Virus record (IMG/VR): IMGVR_UViG_3300011223_000001 | Location: 186,001 to 250,000 of that record | Direction: 5' to 3' (one strand) | Origin: an uncultured virus (IMG/VR IMGVR_UViG_3300011223_000001) | Taxonomy: Duplodnaviria; Heunggongvirae; Uroviricota; Caudoviricetes | Length of the DNA stretch: 64,000 nucleotides | In this document: one piece after another, positions 31,238 to 40,740 of the stretch | Position numbering within the stretch: position 1 is the stretch's first letter | Layout of the letters: each line of letters opens with the position of its first letter | Made by a program: the position numbers and the translations under genes | Notes under the pieces: generated by a model | What the model was told of the DNA's origin: nothing | Database searches by the model: none | What the model saw: only the letters and a program-made list of their open reading frames with translations

Positions 31238-31573
31238 ATGAACGAGCCATTAGCAATAACTGATTTAGAAGAAGCATTCCGTACCGTGGGTAATCGTAAC
31301 CCCATGTGCGGGATACTCTTCATGCAGCTGCTGTTGGCTCGTCTCAAGCCGATCGAGGAGCAGAATCTGGAAGGGACAGCGTTCACCTTCCTGCTGACTG
31401 ATTTCCGTCCCGGCTGTGCTGCTGAGGCAGTGCCTGAGCACGAGCTGTATGCCCAAGCCTTTACCGTGGTCAAACAAACCGGTAAAGTGCTGTGCGTCAA
31501 TACCCTTTATGGCATCGACACTACCCGTGGCGAGGTCACCGATTATTCACACTTCATTTTGAAACCGAACTAA
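31238..31573 (+). CDS. Hypothetical protein
   Basis: 111 aa directly after dcd. Confidence 0.6.
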   Translation: MNEPLAITDLEEAFRTVGNRNPMCGILFMQLLLARLKPIEEQNLEGTAFTFLLTDFRPGCAAEAVPEHELYAQAFTVVKQTGKVLCVNTLYGIDTTRGEVTDYSHFILKPN

Positions 31574-31582
31574 GGAAGCTTC

Positions 31583-32602
31583 ATGCACAAGTATGCAGTG
31601 CTGTATCACCGTGGTTGCAACGACGGTCTAGCTTCGGCTTGGGCTGCGAAGCGCTACCTGGGCGACGAAGCAATCTACTTGCCGTACCAATACGGCGACA
31701 AGGTCCCGGATACCATCAATGGTCTGCACCTGTTCCTCGTGGACCTTTCCATGTCGACTGAACAGTTGTTCGACCTGGTAGCGACCCGTGTGCCGTCTGT
31801 CATGGTCATCGACCACCACAAATCGGCTGAGGCCGATCTGGCACCGTTTCGCACTATCCGTGGCATCACCGAACTGAACCAACGCCTTAACGACGAGTCG
31901 CTGTCGGAAGAACCGAAGGTCTTCAAGTTCTTCAGCACGGGTCACTGCGGTGCGATTCTGACTTGGGCTTTCTTCGCCGATGTGTCGCCGAATGATTCCC
32001 AGGCGCGCAAGCTGATGCCGCAACAGCTGATCTACATCGACGATTACGACCGCTGGGTCAAGCAATACCCCGAGACCGATGTCATCAATACCTGGTTGAT
32101 CAACGGCAAGTCTGATCCTGATCGCGTGGGTCAGATCATGTCGCCTGATCGCATCAGCATCAATCGTGAAGTGATGCTGATTGGTCAAACCCTGATCGAC
32201 TACGATGCTCGCATTACTCGGTCGGTGATTCGCGATTACGCAGTTTACCGCGACCACTACGATGCAACCAGACGGGTCATGATCAAAGTGGCTTGGGTCA
32301 ATGCCCCGCACCACCTGCGCAACCGCATCAGCGACGAGGTGCTTAAGCAAGAGAAGGCCGATATCGTTGTGTGTTACAGCATGCGCCGCGATAAGATCAT
32401 CTACAGCTTGCGCGGTAACGAGGCGGTGGATGTAAGCATCATTGCCGCAGCCTTCGGCGGTGGTGGTCATCCGGCAGCAGCGGCCTTTGCCATCACCCGT
32501 GACGTTGACCATGGTCTGCCGCACTTTGCGTTGCTTTCACCGGCCACGTGGCGTGAACGCATTCGCTTTATGTGGTCGGTTTTCTGGAATCGTCAGAAGT
32601 AA
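31583..32602 (+). CDS. DHH/DHHA1 phosphoesterase (NrnB-like)
   Basis: YHRGCNDG, LVDLS, IDHHKSA, SLRG, GGGGHPAAAAF. Confidence 0.88.
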   Translation: MHKYAVLYHRGCNDGLASAWAAKRYLGDEAIYLPYQYGDKVPDTINGLHLFLVDLSMSTEQLFDLVATRVPSVMVIDHHKSAEADLAPFRTIRGITELNQRLNDESLSEEPKVFKFFSTGHCGAILTWAFFADVSPNDSQARKLMPQQLIYIDDYDRWVKQYPETDVINTWLINGKSDPDRVGQIMSPDRISINREVMLIGQTLIDYDARITRSVIRDYAVYRDHYDATRRVMIKVAWVNAPHHLRNRISDEVLKQEKADIVVCYSMRRDKIIYSLRGNEAVDVSIIAAAFGGGGHPAAAAFAITRDVDHGLPHFALLSPATWRERIRFMWSVFWNRQK

Positions 32603-32651
32603 TAAGCCGGGGCTTCGGCCCCTGCCTTTATTCCCTGTATCGGTTTTAAGA

Positions 32652-32668
32652 CCTATATCACCCACGTG
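32652..32668 (+). promoter_or_regulatory. Early-type promoter
   Basis: CCTATATCACccacgTG, after a UUCG terminator near 32608-32625. Confidence 0.75.
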
Positions 32669-32693
32669 TAGAAGCAAACTTACGGAGCACGTC

Positions 32694-32936
32694 ATGTCCC
32701 AAGAACAGATCGAGAAGTACTCAGAAAAACAACTGATGTTAACCAGTCCGGCTCACCCATCCACACTCGAAGCTCTCGACGCTGCCTATGCCTGCCGCCA
32801 GATGGAGGGATGCAGCTTTTCTTGCGTCACCGATGATAACCGAGTGATCAGCTTCTGGACCTACAACGACATCATGGCCGACCAACCGGTGCAACCAGGC
32901 CAGTGCCGGGTGCGCGTCCCGAACTACCCCAACTAA
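32694..32936 (+). CDS. Hypothetical protein
   Basis: GGAG SD; 80 aa. Confidence 0.65.
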   Translation: MSQEQIEKYSEKQLMLTSPAHPSTLEALDAAYACRQMEGCSFSCVTDDNRVISFWTYNDIMADQPVQPGQCRVRVPNYPN

Positions 32937-32976
32937 AGGCGTGGTTCACACACTCTCACCTACCTAAGGACTAATC

Positions 32977-33717
32977 ATGCGTAAGCCTACTTGGTTGAGC
33001 TCATTGTTCCCTGTTTCTTTTGAAGAACAATGTCGCCAACTGTTAAACGGTGGGGCATTACCCTGCTTTTCATTGCGGTGGACCGGTGAATACAAGGACG
33101 ATATCTTCCTTGTCACCCGGGTACAAGAAGATGGCTCCTTTGAAGGGTACACGTGGAAAACCCTAAGTAGCCCTACATCGGGTAAAATCGTGATGCGCCG
33201 ACGACACGTCGACTGGCTTAAGTTGGTTCCGACTCGTTCAGTGATTCCGGACAACGGCGTTGATATGGATAAAGTGTGGCGAGTTGTCAACACCCTAGCG
33301 GGAACTCTCAAACACGACCAACGGGCTATTATTTTCACCGATGTTGAAGGCACCGAGTACTGGATCGGTGCAGAGCCTAATCGCAACCATCATGGCTTCT
33401 CGGCTGAAAAACCCCTTTACCACAACGGTGAACGTCAAGTTAACAACGAGGGTGTATTCTTCAACTGGCGGATACTCTCTTGTTACCAAGGCACCTTCCA
33501 CGAAGAGCCAGAAATTCGTCCGGTTGAAAACTTTGTATACTACTCTTGGATGGGTAGTAATGTCACCGCAGAGCGTTGGGCTGAACTGCAAAAGACTAAA
33601 CATGTCGATCTCTACAGCCGGCTGCAAAAAAACCTCGAAGAACGTAGAGCGCTGGATGCTGCTCTGGCTGACATTATCCGACTGATGAGGCACGATCATG
33701 TACACCTCAAACATTGA
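32977..33717 (+). CDS. Hypothetical protein
   Basis: TAAGGA SD; 246 aa. Confidence 0.75.
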   Translation: MRKPTWLSSLFPVSFEEQCRQLLNGGALPCFSLRWTGEYKDDIFLVTRVQEDGSFEGYTWKTLSSPTSGKIVMRRRHVDWLKLVPTRSVIPDNGVDMDKVWRVVNTLAGTLKHDQRAIIFTDVEGTEYWIGAEPNRNHHGFSAEKPLYHNGERQVNNEGVFFNWRILSCYQGTFHEEPEIRPVENFVYYSWMGSNVTAERWAELQKTKHVDLYSRLQKNLEERRALDAALADIIRLMRHDHVHLKH

Positions 33718-34198
33718 TGTCTGGCTTGGCCTTATGCTGGTGGCCAACCAACCCAACAAGGTCGTGAAGAAGACCGTGTTAGCACTGGCCAAACACGCAC
33801 ACCCTTATACGGTGCAAGGTGTGCTGCGCCGTGTATTAAATGCCAAGTGTATGGGTAAAGAAATTGCTTTGGCCATGACGCAACTCGACAGTACGGATGA
33901 TGAGATTCGCGGGTACGTCCGAGACGGTTACGATGGGTTTCTACAACTGGTCTACTCGGGTCGTCCAGAGTTCTTCCCGTTTCGGGTCGACATCGGCGAT
34001 GCCGAAGACGAAGCATGGGCCAACGCTAACGAAGACACCATTCGTTTGACGATTGCCGACATCGTCATGCGTAAGCTTGCGTTACCTAAGCTGACGGCAC
34101 GGGTCTTTCTGTTTGCTGAAGCCGGTTGGTCGGGTGGTAACGCCGATGTGACGGTAGTGGACGAACACTTCGGCAAGAAACCTTTGAGCAAAAAGTAA
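33698..34198 (+). CDS. Hypothetical protein
   Basis: GAGG SD; 166 aa. Confidence 0.7.
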   Translation: MYTSNIDVWLGLMLVANQPNKVVKKTVLALAKHAHPYTVQGVLRRVLNAKCMGKEIALAMTQLDSTDDEIRGYVRDGYDGFLQLVYSGRPEFFPFRVDIGDAEDEAWANANEDTIRLTIADIVMRKLALPKLTARVFLFAEAGWSGGNADVTVVDEHFGKKPLSKK

Positions 34199-34253
34199 GA
34201 TTTTTACCGCACTGGGGTATTGTTTGTTAATCCACCACTAAGGTATTCACCCG

Positions 34254-34976
34254 ATGTCGCACCGTGAACACATCCTGGCCTTCAAGGCACAACCCCTCTC
34301 GATGCTCACCCAACCGGATGATGCAGCTACGCCTGCGTTTAACCCGATGGGGTATACCCCACGTTCGGACTACCTCGATCAAATCCTGTTCCAAAACTTC
34401 CACCATGCCACCGAGGTGATCTGGCGTGATACGGCTGAGTATTGGCCGGAAGGTGCTGAACCGACTGCGTACCTGCCAGACCATCGTCAGGTGTTGCCGT
34501 ATGCAATGCTGACCCGCACGGTTGATGGCGAGAAGCAGTACAGCGTCTACCAGCGTGTGAAGGGTATCGGCGAAGAGCGTTTGCTCAAAGGCCACTCGAT
34601 CGGCTGGGGTGGCCACCTGTCGGGCAAATACGTGCAGTATGACGCTGACAACGGCGTCCTTGTCTGGGAATCGATCATCGCCGGTCTGAAGGCCGAGATG
34701 GATGAGGAGTGTGGTGTTAACACCGAAGCCGAAGGCGTCACCACCACACTGCACGGCTACATTCACAGCTTCGCATCGCCGGTTGATGCCCTGCACCTGT
34801 CGGTGGTGTTGGAAGTTGAAGTCCCTGCCGACTACGCCGTATCGGTCACCGAACAAGGCCTAGACTTCAAGGGCTGGTATTCGCTCGAGCAGCTTAAAGC
34901 GTTGTGGCAGGAACTGCTGGGCACCGAGGTCAAGTTCGAAAGCTGGTCGAATTTCATCATCGACAACCTGGCATAA
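34254..34976 (+). CDS. NUDIX-family phosphoesterase-like protein
   Basis: RQVLPY, YQR.KG.GE.RL...SIGWGGH, GLKAEMDEE degenerate NUDIX box. Confidence 0.7.
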   Translation: MSHREHILAFKAQPLSMLTQPDDAATPAFNPMGYTPRSDYLDQILFQNFHHATEVIWRDTAEYWPEGAEPTAYLPDHRQVLPYAMLTRTVDGEKQYSVYQRVKGIGEERLLKGHSIGWGGHLSGKYVQYDADNGVLVWESIIAGLKAEMDEECGVNTEAEGVTTTLHGYIHSFASPVDALHLSVVLEVEVPADYAVSVTEQGLDFKGWYSLEQLKALWQELLGTEVKFESWSNFIIDNLA

Positions 34977-35038
34977 GTCACCTTAATAGAGCGGGGGTTT
35001 TACCCTCGCCCTATTCCGTTGTTGAGCAGGTGTAGTGT

Positions 35039-35488
35039 ATGGACCACAAGAAGATCAAATACAACGGCGTAAAGCTTGAGTTCCTGGAACAAACACGCAG
35101 GAACCTTACCACGGTGCAAGCAGCCGGCGACAATAAACGGATCGTGATCCGCGATATACGTCCCGGTGATGATTCTTTCGTTTGTCAGTTCATTGGCACT
35201 AACGGTATCCGTGCGTACCATGTCGCCCTCGTGGGTGACACTGGAATATGTGCTGCCATCGCACTGGCCCAGGCATTCTATCTGTCGCGACACCTTGATG
35301 ACATCGGGTGTCTGGAGCAACTTTGTTTTAACGCACAAGGTGTTCTGTACCAGCACACGTACGAGCGCGACACCAAATACGACCAACCTATCCTCATCTA
35401 CCTTGAGCACCTCAGTAAGGAACCCTCGCACCATGGACCACAAGGCGTACAACCGAAAACTGGTCGAACACCTCTTCGACTTGTTTGA
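35039..35488 (+). CDS. Hypothetical protein with C-terminal GRTPLRLV
   Basis: 149 aa; 3' end overlaps the sspB-like gene. Confidence 0.55.
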   Translation: MDHKKIKYNGVKLEFLEQTRRNLTTVQAAGDNKRIVIRDIRPGDDSFVCQFIGTNGIRAYHVALVGDTGICAAIALAQAFYLSRHLDDIGCLEQLCFNAQGVLYQHTYERDTKYDQPILIYLEHLSKEPSHHGPQGVQPKTGRTPLRLV

Positions 35489-35885
35489 AACCGCGCAGGG
35501 CGAACGTTGGCATATGGCCTTTGACCTGTCGGTCATCGAACATAAGCAAGGATTGGAGCGGTACGTCCAACCCGACGGTACTTTGGTCCTCAACTTCCAC
35601 CCGGTGGCCTGCCGTAACTTCCACATCGGTGCTGAGCACCTCACCTTCAACATGTCGCTCGGCGGTACCAAGCAACATCTGATCCTCCCGCATTATGCCG
35701 TACGCGGTATCATGCTCGAACTTGAAGAAGGGACGATAGGTATCCCAGCGTGTCCGGTGATGATCCAAGAACAGGATTTTCACACCCCCACTGAACCCGA
35801 CCAACCAAAAGAAGGCGATGGCGTGGTTAATGCCGACACCAACGTCATCTCCATGTTCAACCGTAAAGCCCCCACCAAGGAATAA
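35433..35885 (+). CDS. SspB-like ClpXP adaptor
   Basis: LVLNFHPVACRNFHI..EHLTFNMSLGG....LILP..AVRGI matches the SspB core (IVLNI.P.AV.NL.L.N..V.FNARFGG....V.VP..AV.AI); flexible tail ending NVISMFNRK; TAAGGA SD. Confidence 0.72.
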   Translation: MDHKAYNRKLVEHLFDLFETAQGERWHMAFDLSVIEHKQGLERYVQPDGTLVLNFHPVACRNFHIGAEHLTFNMSLGGTKQHLILPHYAVRGIMLELEEGTIGIPACPVMIQEQDFHTPTEPDQPKEGDGVVNADTNVISMFNRKAPTKE

Positions 35886-35887
35886 CC

Positions 35888-37300
35888 ATGCAACAGTACC
35901 TTGATTTCCTCCGTGACATTCTCGAAAATGGCGAAGACAAAGCCGATCGCACCGGCACTGGCACCAAGTCAGTGTTTGGCCGGCAGATGCGTTTCGACAT
36001 TTCTGGCCTGAATGTACCCTGGATCACTACCAAGTTCGCCAGCCCCAAGAGCATCATCAGCGAACTGCTGGAGTTGTTCTTGCCGGGCACCGGTGAGATC
36101 GACGGCATGGCGGCGTCAGGTGTGACCATCTGGGACGAGTGGGTAAAAGCCAATACCCGCGTCTACAAAGACCTCAACGTCGCCGAGCGCATGGCGAAGG
36201 TAAAGAACGAGGCCACTCAAGGTGCGTTCGATGCGTTCCGTGACTCGCTGTACTCCAGCGAGGAAATGCCAGGTTGGGAGTTCATGCCCAATGCCGGTAA
36301 GTGGCGTTCTCCGGACATCGAGGATCTCCTCCACCAGTGGGTCGATGATCACACGAAGGTGCCACGTCAAGTGCTGGCCAAAGGCGACCTGGGTCCGGTC
36401 TACGGCGTACAGTGGCGCAAGTGGCCACTGTCCAAGGAAACCCGCGCACTGAGCCTGCGTACCGCCGGTCGTTACATCGAGGCCATCGGTAAGTTGGATG
36501 AACTGCGTGCTCGTTTCGATCAACCATGGGAGTTCGATGAATGGATGCTGGGCACCACCAGCAACCGGCTGCTCGATGATGCGAACGAGATGCGCGACTG
36601 CATTATCATCCAGTGGTTGGATGAACACGGTTATAAATTGACCGAAGAGGTGACCGTACGTTCGATCGACCAGATCACTCGCGCCGTCGAGAAGCTCAAG
36701 AACGATCCCGTCAGCCGTTCGATCATCGTCTCGGCTTGGAACCCGGCAGAACTCAAAGACATGGCCCTAGAGCCATGTCATGTCATGTTCCAGTTCTACA
36801 GCAACGTGCTGAACCACAAGCGTCAGGCACAGGTGATCTGGAACTCCAACTGGCTGCGCGCGTTCCTGGCTGATTACCTCGGTGATCTGCCGCACGAAGC
36901 TGAGCAAGATGACCTGCTGCGCGTGGACCTACCGGTCATGCGCGAATGGGCCAAAGAGAAAGGTCTGCCGACCATGGGTCTGAGCTGCCAGCTCTACCAG
37001 CGTTCGGCTGACGCCCTTTTGGGAGTTCCATTTAACATCAGCTGTTACTCCCTGCTGACCAAGATGTTCGCCCAGGTCTGCAACATGGCGCCAGTCGAAT
37101 TCATCTGGACTGGCGGTGACTGTCACATCTACGACAACCACATCGAACAGGTCAAACTCCAACTGGAGCGCGAACCGTACGAAGGTCCGAAGGTGTTGCT
37201 GAACCCGGCGATCACCAACATCGATGACTTCAAAGCCAGTGACATCGAGCTGGTTGACTACAAGTACCACCCGGCTATCCCTGCACCCAAAGCAGTGTGA
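35888..37300 (+). CDS. thyA: Thymidylate synthase with three insertions
   Basis: DRTGTGT, IWDEW, GDLGPVYGVQWR, MALEPCH, YQRSAD...GVPFN, GDCHIY. Confidence 0.95.
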   Translation: MQQYLDFLRDILENGEDKADRTGTGTKSVFGRQMRFDISGLNVPWITTKFASPKSIISELLELFLPGTGEIDGMAASGVTIWDEWVKANTRVYKDLNVAERMAKVKNEATQGAFDAFRDSLYSSEEMPGWEFMPNAGKWRSPDIEDLLHQWVDDHTKVPRQVLAKGDLGPVYGVQWRKWPLSKETRALSLRTAGRYIEAIGKLDELRARFDQPWEFDEWMLGTTSNRLLDDANEMRDCIIIQWLDEHGYKLTEEVTVRSIDQITRAVEKLKNDPVSRSIIVSAWNPAELKDMALEPCHVMFQFYSNVLNHKRQAQVIWNSNWLRAFLADYLGDLPHEAEQDDLLRVDLPVMREWAKEKGLPTMGLSCQLYQRSADALLGVPFNISCYSLLTKMFAQVCNMAPVEFIWTGGDCHIYDNHIEQVKLQLEREPYEGPKVLLNPAITNIDDFKASDIELVDYKYHPAIPAPKAV

Positions 37301-37358
37301 CGGCATAGAGCGCTGGGGGTTCGCCCCTAGCGTTTCTTTTTATTTCGTGAGGGGTTTT

Positions 37359-37817
37359 ATGCGTTACGTCACGTTCTACCCTCAAATCGAAGCACAGACC
37401 CTTACAGAGCCACATTACGTTATCAGCATCGTGGATAAGACCCCAGTGGTATTCCCATGTCATCATCACGCCATCCTACGGTTGGTGTTCGATGACATCG
37501 AGCAATTCGCTGAAGGTCAAAACCTCTTTTCGATCAGTCAAGCCCGGTCAATCATGAGTTGGGTAAAGGACGTACCGGAAGGGGCCACGGTGGTTGTTCA
37601 CTGTTATGCCGGCGTGAGTCGATCAGCGGCGGTTGCTAAGTTCCTCCATCAGCACTTAGGTTTTATGCTGCGGCTGGACCCACCGTGTTATGGTAAGCTC
37701 GATCGCTATAACGGTCACGTGTATGGACTCCTGCGACTACTCGACGCCGACAAGAGCGCCTTGCGTCTGATGTTAGACGAGGAGTATGAACGTCAAGCAG
37801 TTATTGTGAGGTGGTGA
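37359..37817 (+). CDS. Predicted protein-tyrosine/dual-specificity-type phosphatase
   Basis: L.FDDI acid loop and VHCYAGVSRSAAVA (CX5R). Confidence 0.82.
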   Translation: MRYVTFYPQIEAQTLTEPHYVISIVDKTPVVFPCHHHAILRLVFDDIEQFAEGQNLFSISQARSIMSWVKDVPEGATVVVHCYAGVSRSAAVAKFLHQHLGFMLRLDPPCYGKLDRYNGHVYGLLRLLDADKSALRLMLDEEYERQAVIVRW

Positions 37818-37818
37818 A

Positions 37819-38142
37819 ATGAATGTCAACTTGTTAGTGGAATTGCCTGATCCGTTAGAGCAGGCCCAATCAGCCCTTGTGGAGGAACTCTTTCACGCTG
37901 CTCGTTACGAAGCTGACTGGACCATGGAGAAAATGGACCTCAGTGATGAAATCCGTGGTCTAGTGCATTATGCTGCCCGCAATACCGTGGTGGGTGTACT
38001 TGAAGTGCTCGACGGCAATACCGATCTCGGTCCCTATGTCTTGTTGCCCAAAGGCATGGTATCGGGTACTGACAATGTCCCCACCATGACTGGGGGTCTG
38101 GCTGAGCTGTTCAGCGACTTCTACGAGGAGATTAATAATTGA
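37819..38142 (+). CDS. IN[NST]-tag family protein (tandem copy 1)
   Basis: LPDPL...VLEVLDG...YVLLP...GGLAELFSDFYEEINN. Confidence 0.75.
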   Translation: MNVNLLVELPDPLEQAQSALVEELFHAARYEADWTMEKMDLSDEIRGLVHYAARNTVVGVLEVLDGNTDLGPYVLLPKGMVSGTDNVPTMTGGLAELFSDFYEEINN

Positions 38143-38480
38143 CTAACTTTCGCTTAAACATACCCGACCCACTGGCTGACGAGCGACGGTTACTGGGTCA
38201 TTCGTTGTTGAATGCTTATCAGTCAGTCATGTTTGATTTGCTCGAGCGTTTTCCTGAAGCCGAGTTCAAACCTGTTATCCAGGAATCGGTAGAGGCAGCG
38301 ATGGTGGGTACCCTCAACGTTTTCGATGGTCAAGCGAATGCGTTTGGCGGAATCGAATACGTGGTCCTACCGCTGGGAATGGTTGAGTGTATCGACAGGG
38401 AATGGATTGTACCGATGCCTAACCTTGCTGGTAGCCTAGCCTCCGTACTTAAAAACGACTTTGGTCGTATCAACAGTTGA
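38139..38480 (+). CDS. IN[NST]-tag family protein (tandem copy 2)
   Basis: TTG start with GAGGAG SD; IPDPL...TLNVFDG...YVVLP...NLAGSL...FGRINS. Confidence 0.75.
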   Translation: MTNFRLNIPDPLADERRLLGHSLLNAYQSVMFDLLERFPEAEFKPVIQESVEAAMVGTLNVFDGQANAFGGIEYVVLPLGMVECIDREWIVPMPNLAGSLASVLKNDFGRINS

Positions 38481-38487
38481 GGTGCCT

Positions 38488-38823
38488 ATGTCTGTCATTA
38501 ACATCGAGCTGGTGTTACCTGACCCACTCAAAGAAGCACGGAACGGTTTCCTGGATGGTATCGTGGATATCCGCGAACAGGTAATCTGTAGACATGGTGG
38601 GGTACTTGACGAGAACAGTGAGTACCAAGGTCCGCATGTCGCGGCAATCAATGACCTCACCAGACAGTTCCTGTACTTCCTCGACGGGGGTGAACCCACC
38701 AACGGTGGCTACACGGTGCTACCGAACCGCATGATCAACAACGGTCTAGCCGGTACGCTGCCGAATATCGCCGGTAAGCTGGGCCCTACCTACGACATGT
38801 TCTTTGAAGACATCAACAACTGA
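38488..38823 (+). CDS. IN[NST]-tag family protein (tandem copy 3)
   Basis: LPDPL...FLYFLDG...YTVLP...NIAGKL...FEDINN. Confidence 0.75.
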   Translation: MSVINIELVLPDPLKEARNGFLDGIVDIREQVICRHGGVLDENSEYQGPHVAAINDLTRQFLYFLDGGEPTNGGYTVLPNRMINNGLAGTLPNIAGKLGPTYDMFFEDINN

Positions 38824-38831
38824 GGTGTACT

Positions 38832-39236
38832 ATGAAAGCCGATAAAGACTCACTCTTGGGGCAAGCACTCAACCGTGCCGTCACCAATGCACTAGAAGGT
38901 AAACCGGACGTGCTACATGACGCTCGGGTAGACCTGATCGAAAAGGTACTGGATGCCCGTGACGATGCGTATGAAGACGTCATGATGCACCTACCGGCCG
39001 AGTTCCACGAGCCGGCACACCGTGCGGTTACCAAGGCGCTGGTGACGACGCTGGGCGTGCTAGACGCAGACTACGTCGTGTTGCCTAGCGCCGGGTACCT
39101 TGACAAGAATAGTCCCGCTGCGTATGTAGTGATGCCTCTAGGCGACGGCAATGAAGCCACCGACGGCAATACCTTCAACGTAGCTGGTGACCTTGCCGTT
39201 ATCTTCAACACCATCTACGACGACATCAACACCTAA
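38832..39236 (+). CDS. IN[NST]-tag family protein (tandem copy 4)
   Basis: TLGVLDADYVVLP...NVAGDL...YDDINT; UUCG terminator 39240-39278 follows. Confidence 0.75.
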   Translation: MKADKDSLLGQALNRAVTNALEGKPDVLHDARVDLIEKVLDARDDAYEDVMMHLPAEFHEPAHRAVTKALVTTLGVLDADYVVLPSAGYLDKNSPAAYVVMPLGDGNEATDGNTFNVAGDLAVIFNTIYDDINT

Positions 39237-39293
39237 CGACATAAAGCCTGCCCTTCGGGGCAGGTATTCTTTTTTATTTAACACAAACTCACA

Positions 39294-39310
39294 TTTATAT
39301 CATACCTTTG
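39294..39310 (+). promoter_or_regulatory. Early-type promoter (variant)
   Basis: TTTATATCATaccttTG. Confidence 0.65.
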
Positions 39311-39330
39311 AATCTAACCAAGGAAATACC

Positions 39331-39708
39331 ATGACCACACTGTACGGCCGTATAATCAATGACTTGGTCAAAGAGTTTATGCTGGAGGGTGGGTATTCAG
39401 ACGCCGCTGAAATTAACACCGGTGGTTGTGAGTCATTTGCACAAGCACTTATGCGACGGACAGAGATCGGTGATATGTACGGTGTTGAGAACTTCCAGCA
39501 CCCCGATGGTACTTTCGACTGGACACTGTTAGAGAAGTGGGGTATTACACCACCAATCGGTTTTACGCAGTCTGAAGTGGACGCAAAACGTCTAGGGGGC
39601 CATCTTTGGGTAGAACAAGGGGGTCGCCACTACGACAGTGAGTGTCCCGATGGTGTTCCCAGTTTCTTCGACCTGCCCTTCTTTAAACGACAACTGGAGC
39701 GAAAGTAA
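39331..39708 (+). CDS. Papain/transglutaminase-like fold protein (putative Cys-His-Asp triad)
   Basis: INTGGCESFA...GHLWV....HYDSE. Confidence 0.55.
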   Translation: MTTLYGRIINDLVKEFMLEGGYSDAAEINTGGCESFAQALMRRTEIGDMYGVENFQHPDGTFDWTLLEKWGITPPIGFTQSEVDAKRLGGHLWVEQGGRHYDSECPDGVPSFFDLPFFKRQLERK

Positions 39709-40328
39709 TGTCACGGCAAGAACCCGTATTGGTATCGGATATCCGGGAAGCGATCATTGGTCGATACAGTCGGTTGTATCGCATGAATGATCAAGCACAT
39801 CAGATCCAGCATTTCAATGCGGTCGAGGTGTGTGGTAATGAAATCAACAATCGGTTGAAGTTGGGGTATGATCCGAAGTTGATCATGCTGGTTGCGTACC
39901 TGCATGACATGTACGCGAACATCCGTTTCAACCACCACGAGATGTCTGCGCATTTCGTGCGTACCACGGATGACCCGGTGATTGTGGCTCTGTCGCCTGA
40001 AGAGCGTGAGTTGGTTGCGATCGGGTGTCAGGAACACCGTGCTTCGCGGAAGGAAGCTTTCACTCACGAGTTTGGTGAGTTGATGAATGCAGCTGACCGT
40101 GAACTGCCCGGCAATGTCCCACAGATGTTGGAGCGCGCAATCCAGTATCGCTTGGATGATCTTTGTAAAGAGAACACCCCCGAAGATCGTTCAGATGTCT
40201 ACCCAGACGCGGTGGCGCACATCAAAGAGAAATTCGGGCCAGGGGGTTATGCCAACTACCCTGACCTGTACCTGAAATGCTTTGCGGTTGAACTGGAACA
40301 GCAACGCAAAGACATCAAACTACTGTGA
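39708..40328 (+). CDS. HD-domain phosphohydrolase
   Basis: AHQIQH...AYLHD...HHE.SA...EHR...AD. Confidence 0.78.
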   Translation: MSRQEPVLVSDIREAIIGRYSRLYRMNDQAHQIQHFNAVEVCGNEINNRLKLGYDPKLIMLVAYLHDMYANIRFNHHEMSAHFVRTTDDPVIVALSPEERELVAIGCQEHRASRKEAFTHEFGELMNAADRELPGNVPQMLERAIQYRLDDLCKENTPEDRSDVYPDAVAHIKEKFGPGGYANYPDLYLKCFAVELEQQRKDIKLL

Positions 40329-40340
40329 GGAGAAAGGACT

Positions 40341-40733
40341 GTGTCTGTAACATTTGTAGGGTACAGTAAAAACAGGAAGTTCGATGAAACCGACGCTATG
40401 GAGCTGATGAGCTACATTCCTTTCTGTGATGGTAAGCATTTTGAGGGTATGGCTGGTGTGGCGTCATTATCCGAATTTGACGGCTGGTTCGGTACGGCGT
40501 ATACCCTGAACGATCCTAACCATCATAGTGACGACCTGTTTGCTATTTTTGAAACCGACGACATTGTCGATGTGGTGAATGCCGCACGCAACCTGAGAGC
40601 GTCCTGCGGCTGTGATGTCAGTGGGTATGCAAGTCCGGCTATAGGGGTCATGTTTACGTACGGTGGCGGGGCAGATTCATTGCGAAAAGAACTCGCTAAC
40701 TTACAGCGTAGCAACTTCAAGAACGTTCAGTGA
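40341..40733 (+). CDS. Hypothetical protein
   Basis: 130 aa, SD present. Confidence 0.6.
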   Translation: MSVTFVGYSKNRKFDETDAMELMSYIPFCDGKHFEGMAGVASLSEFDGWFGTAYTLNDPNHHSDDLFAIFETDDIVDVVNAARNLRASCGCDVSGYASPAIGVMFTYGGGADSLRKELANLQRSNFKNVQ

Positions 40734-40740
40734 GGCTGTC

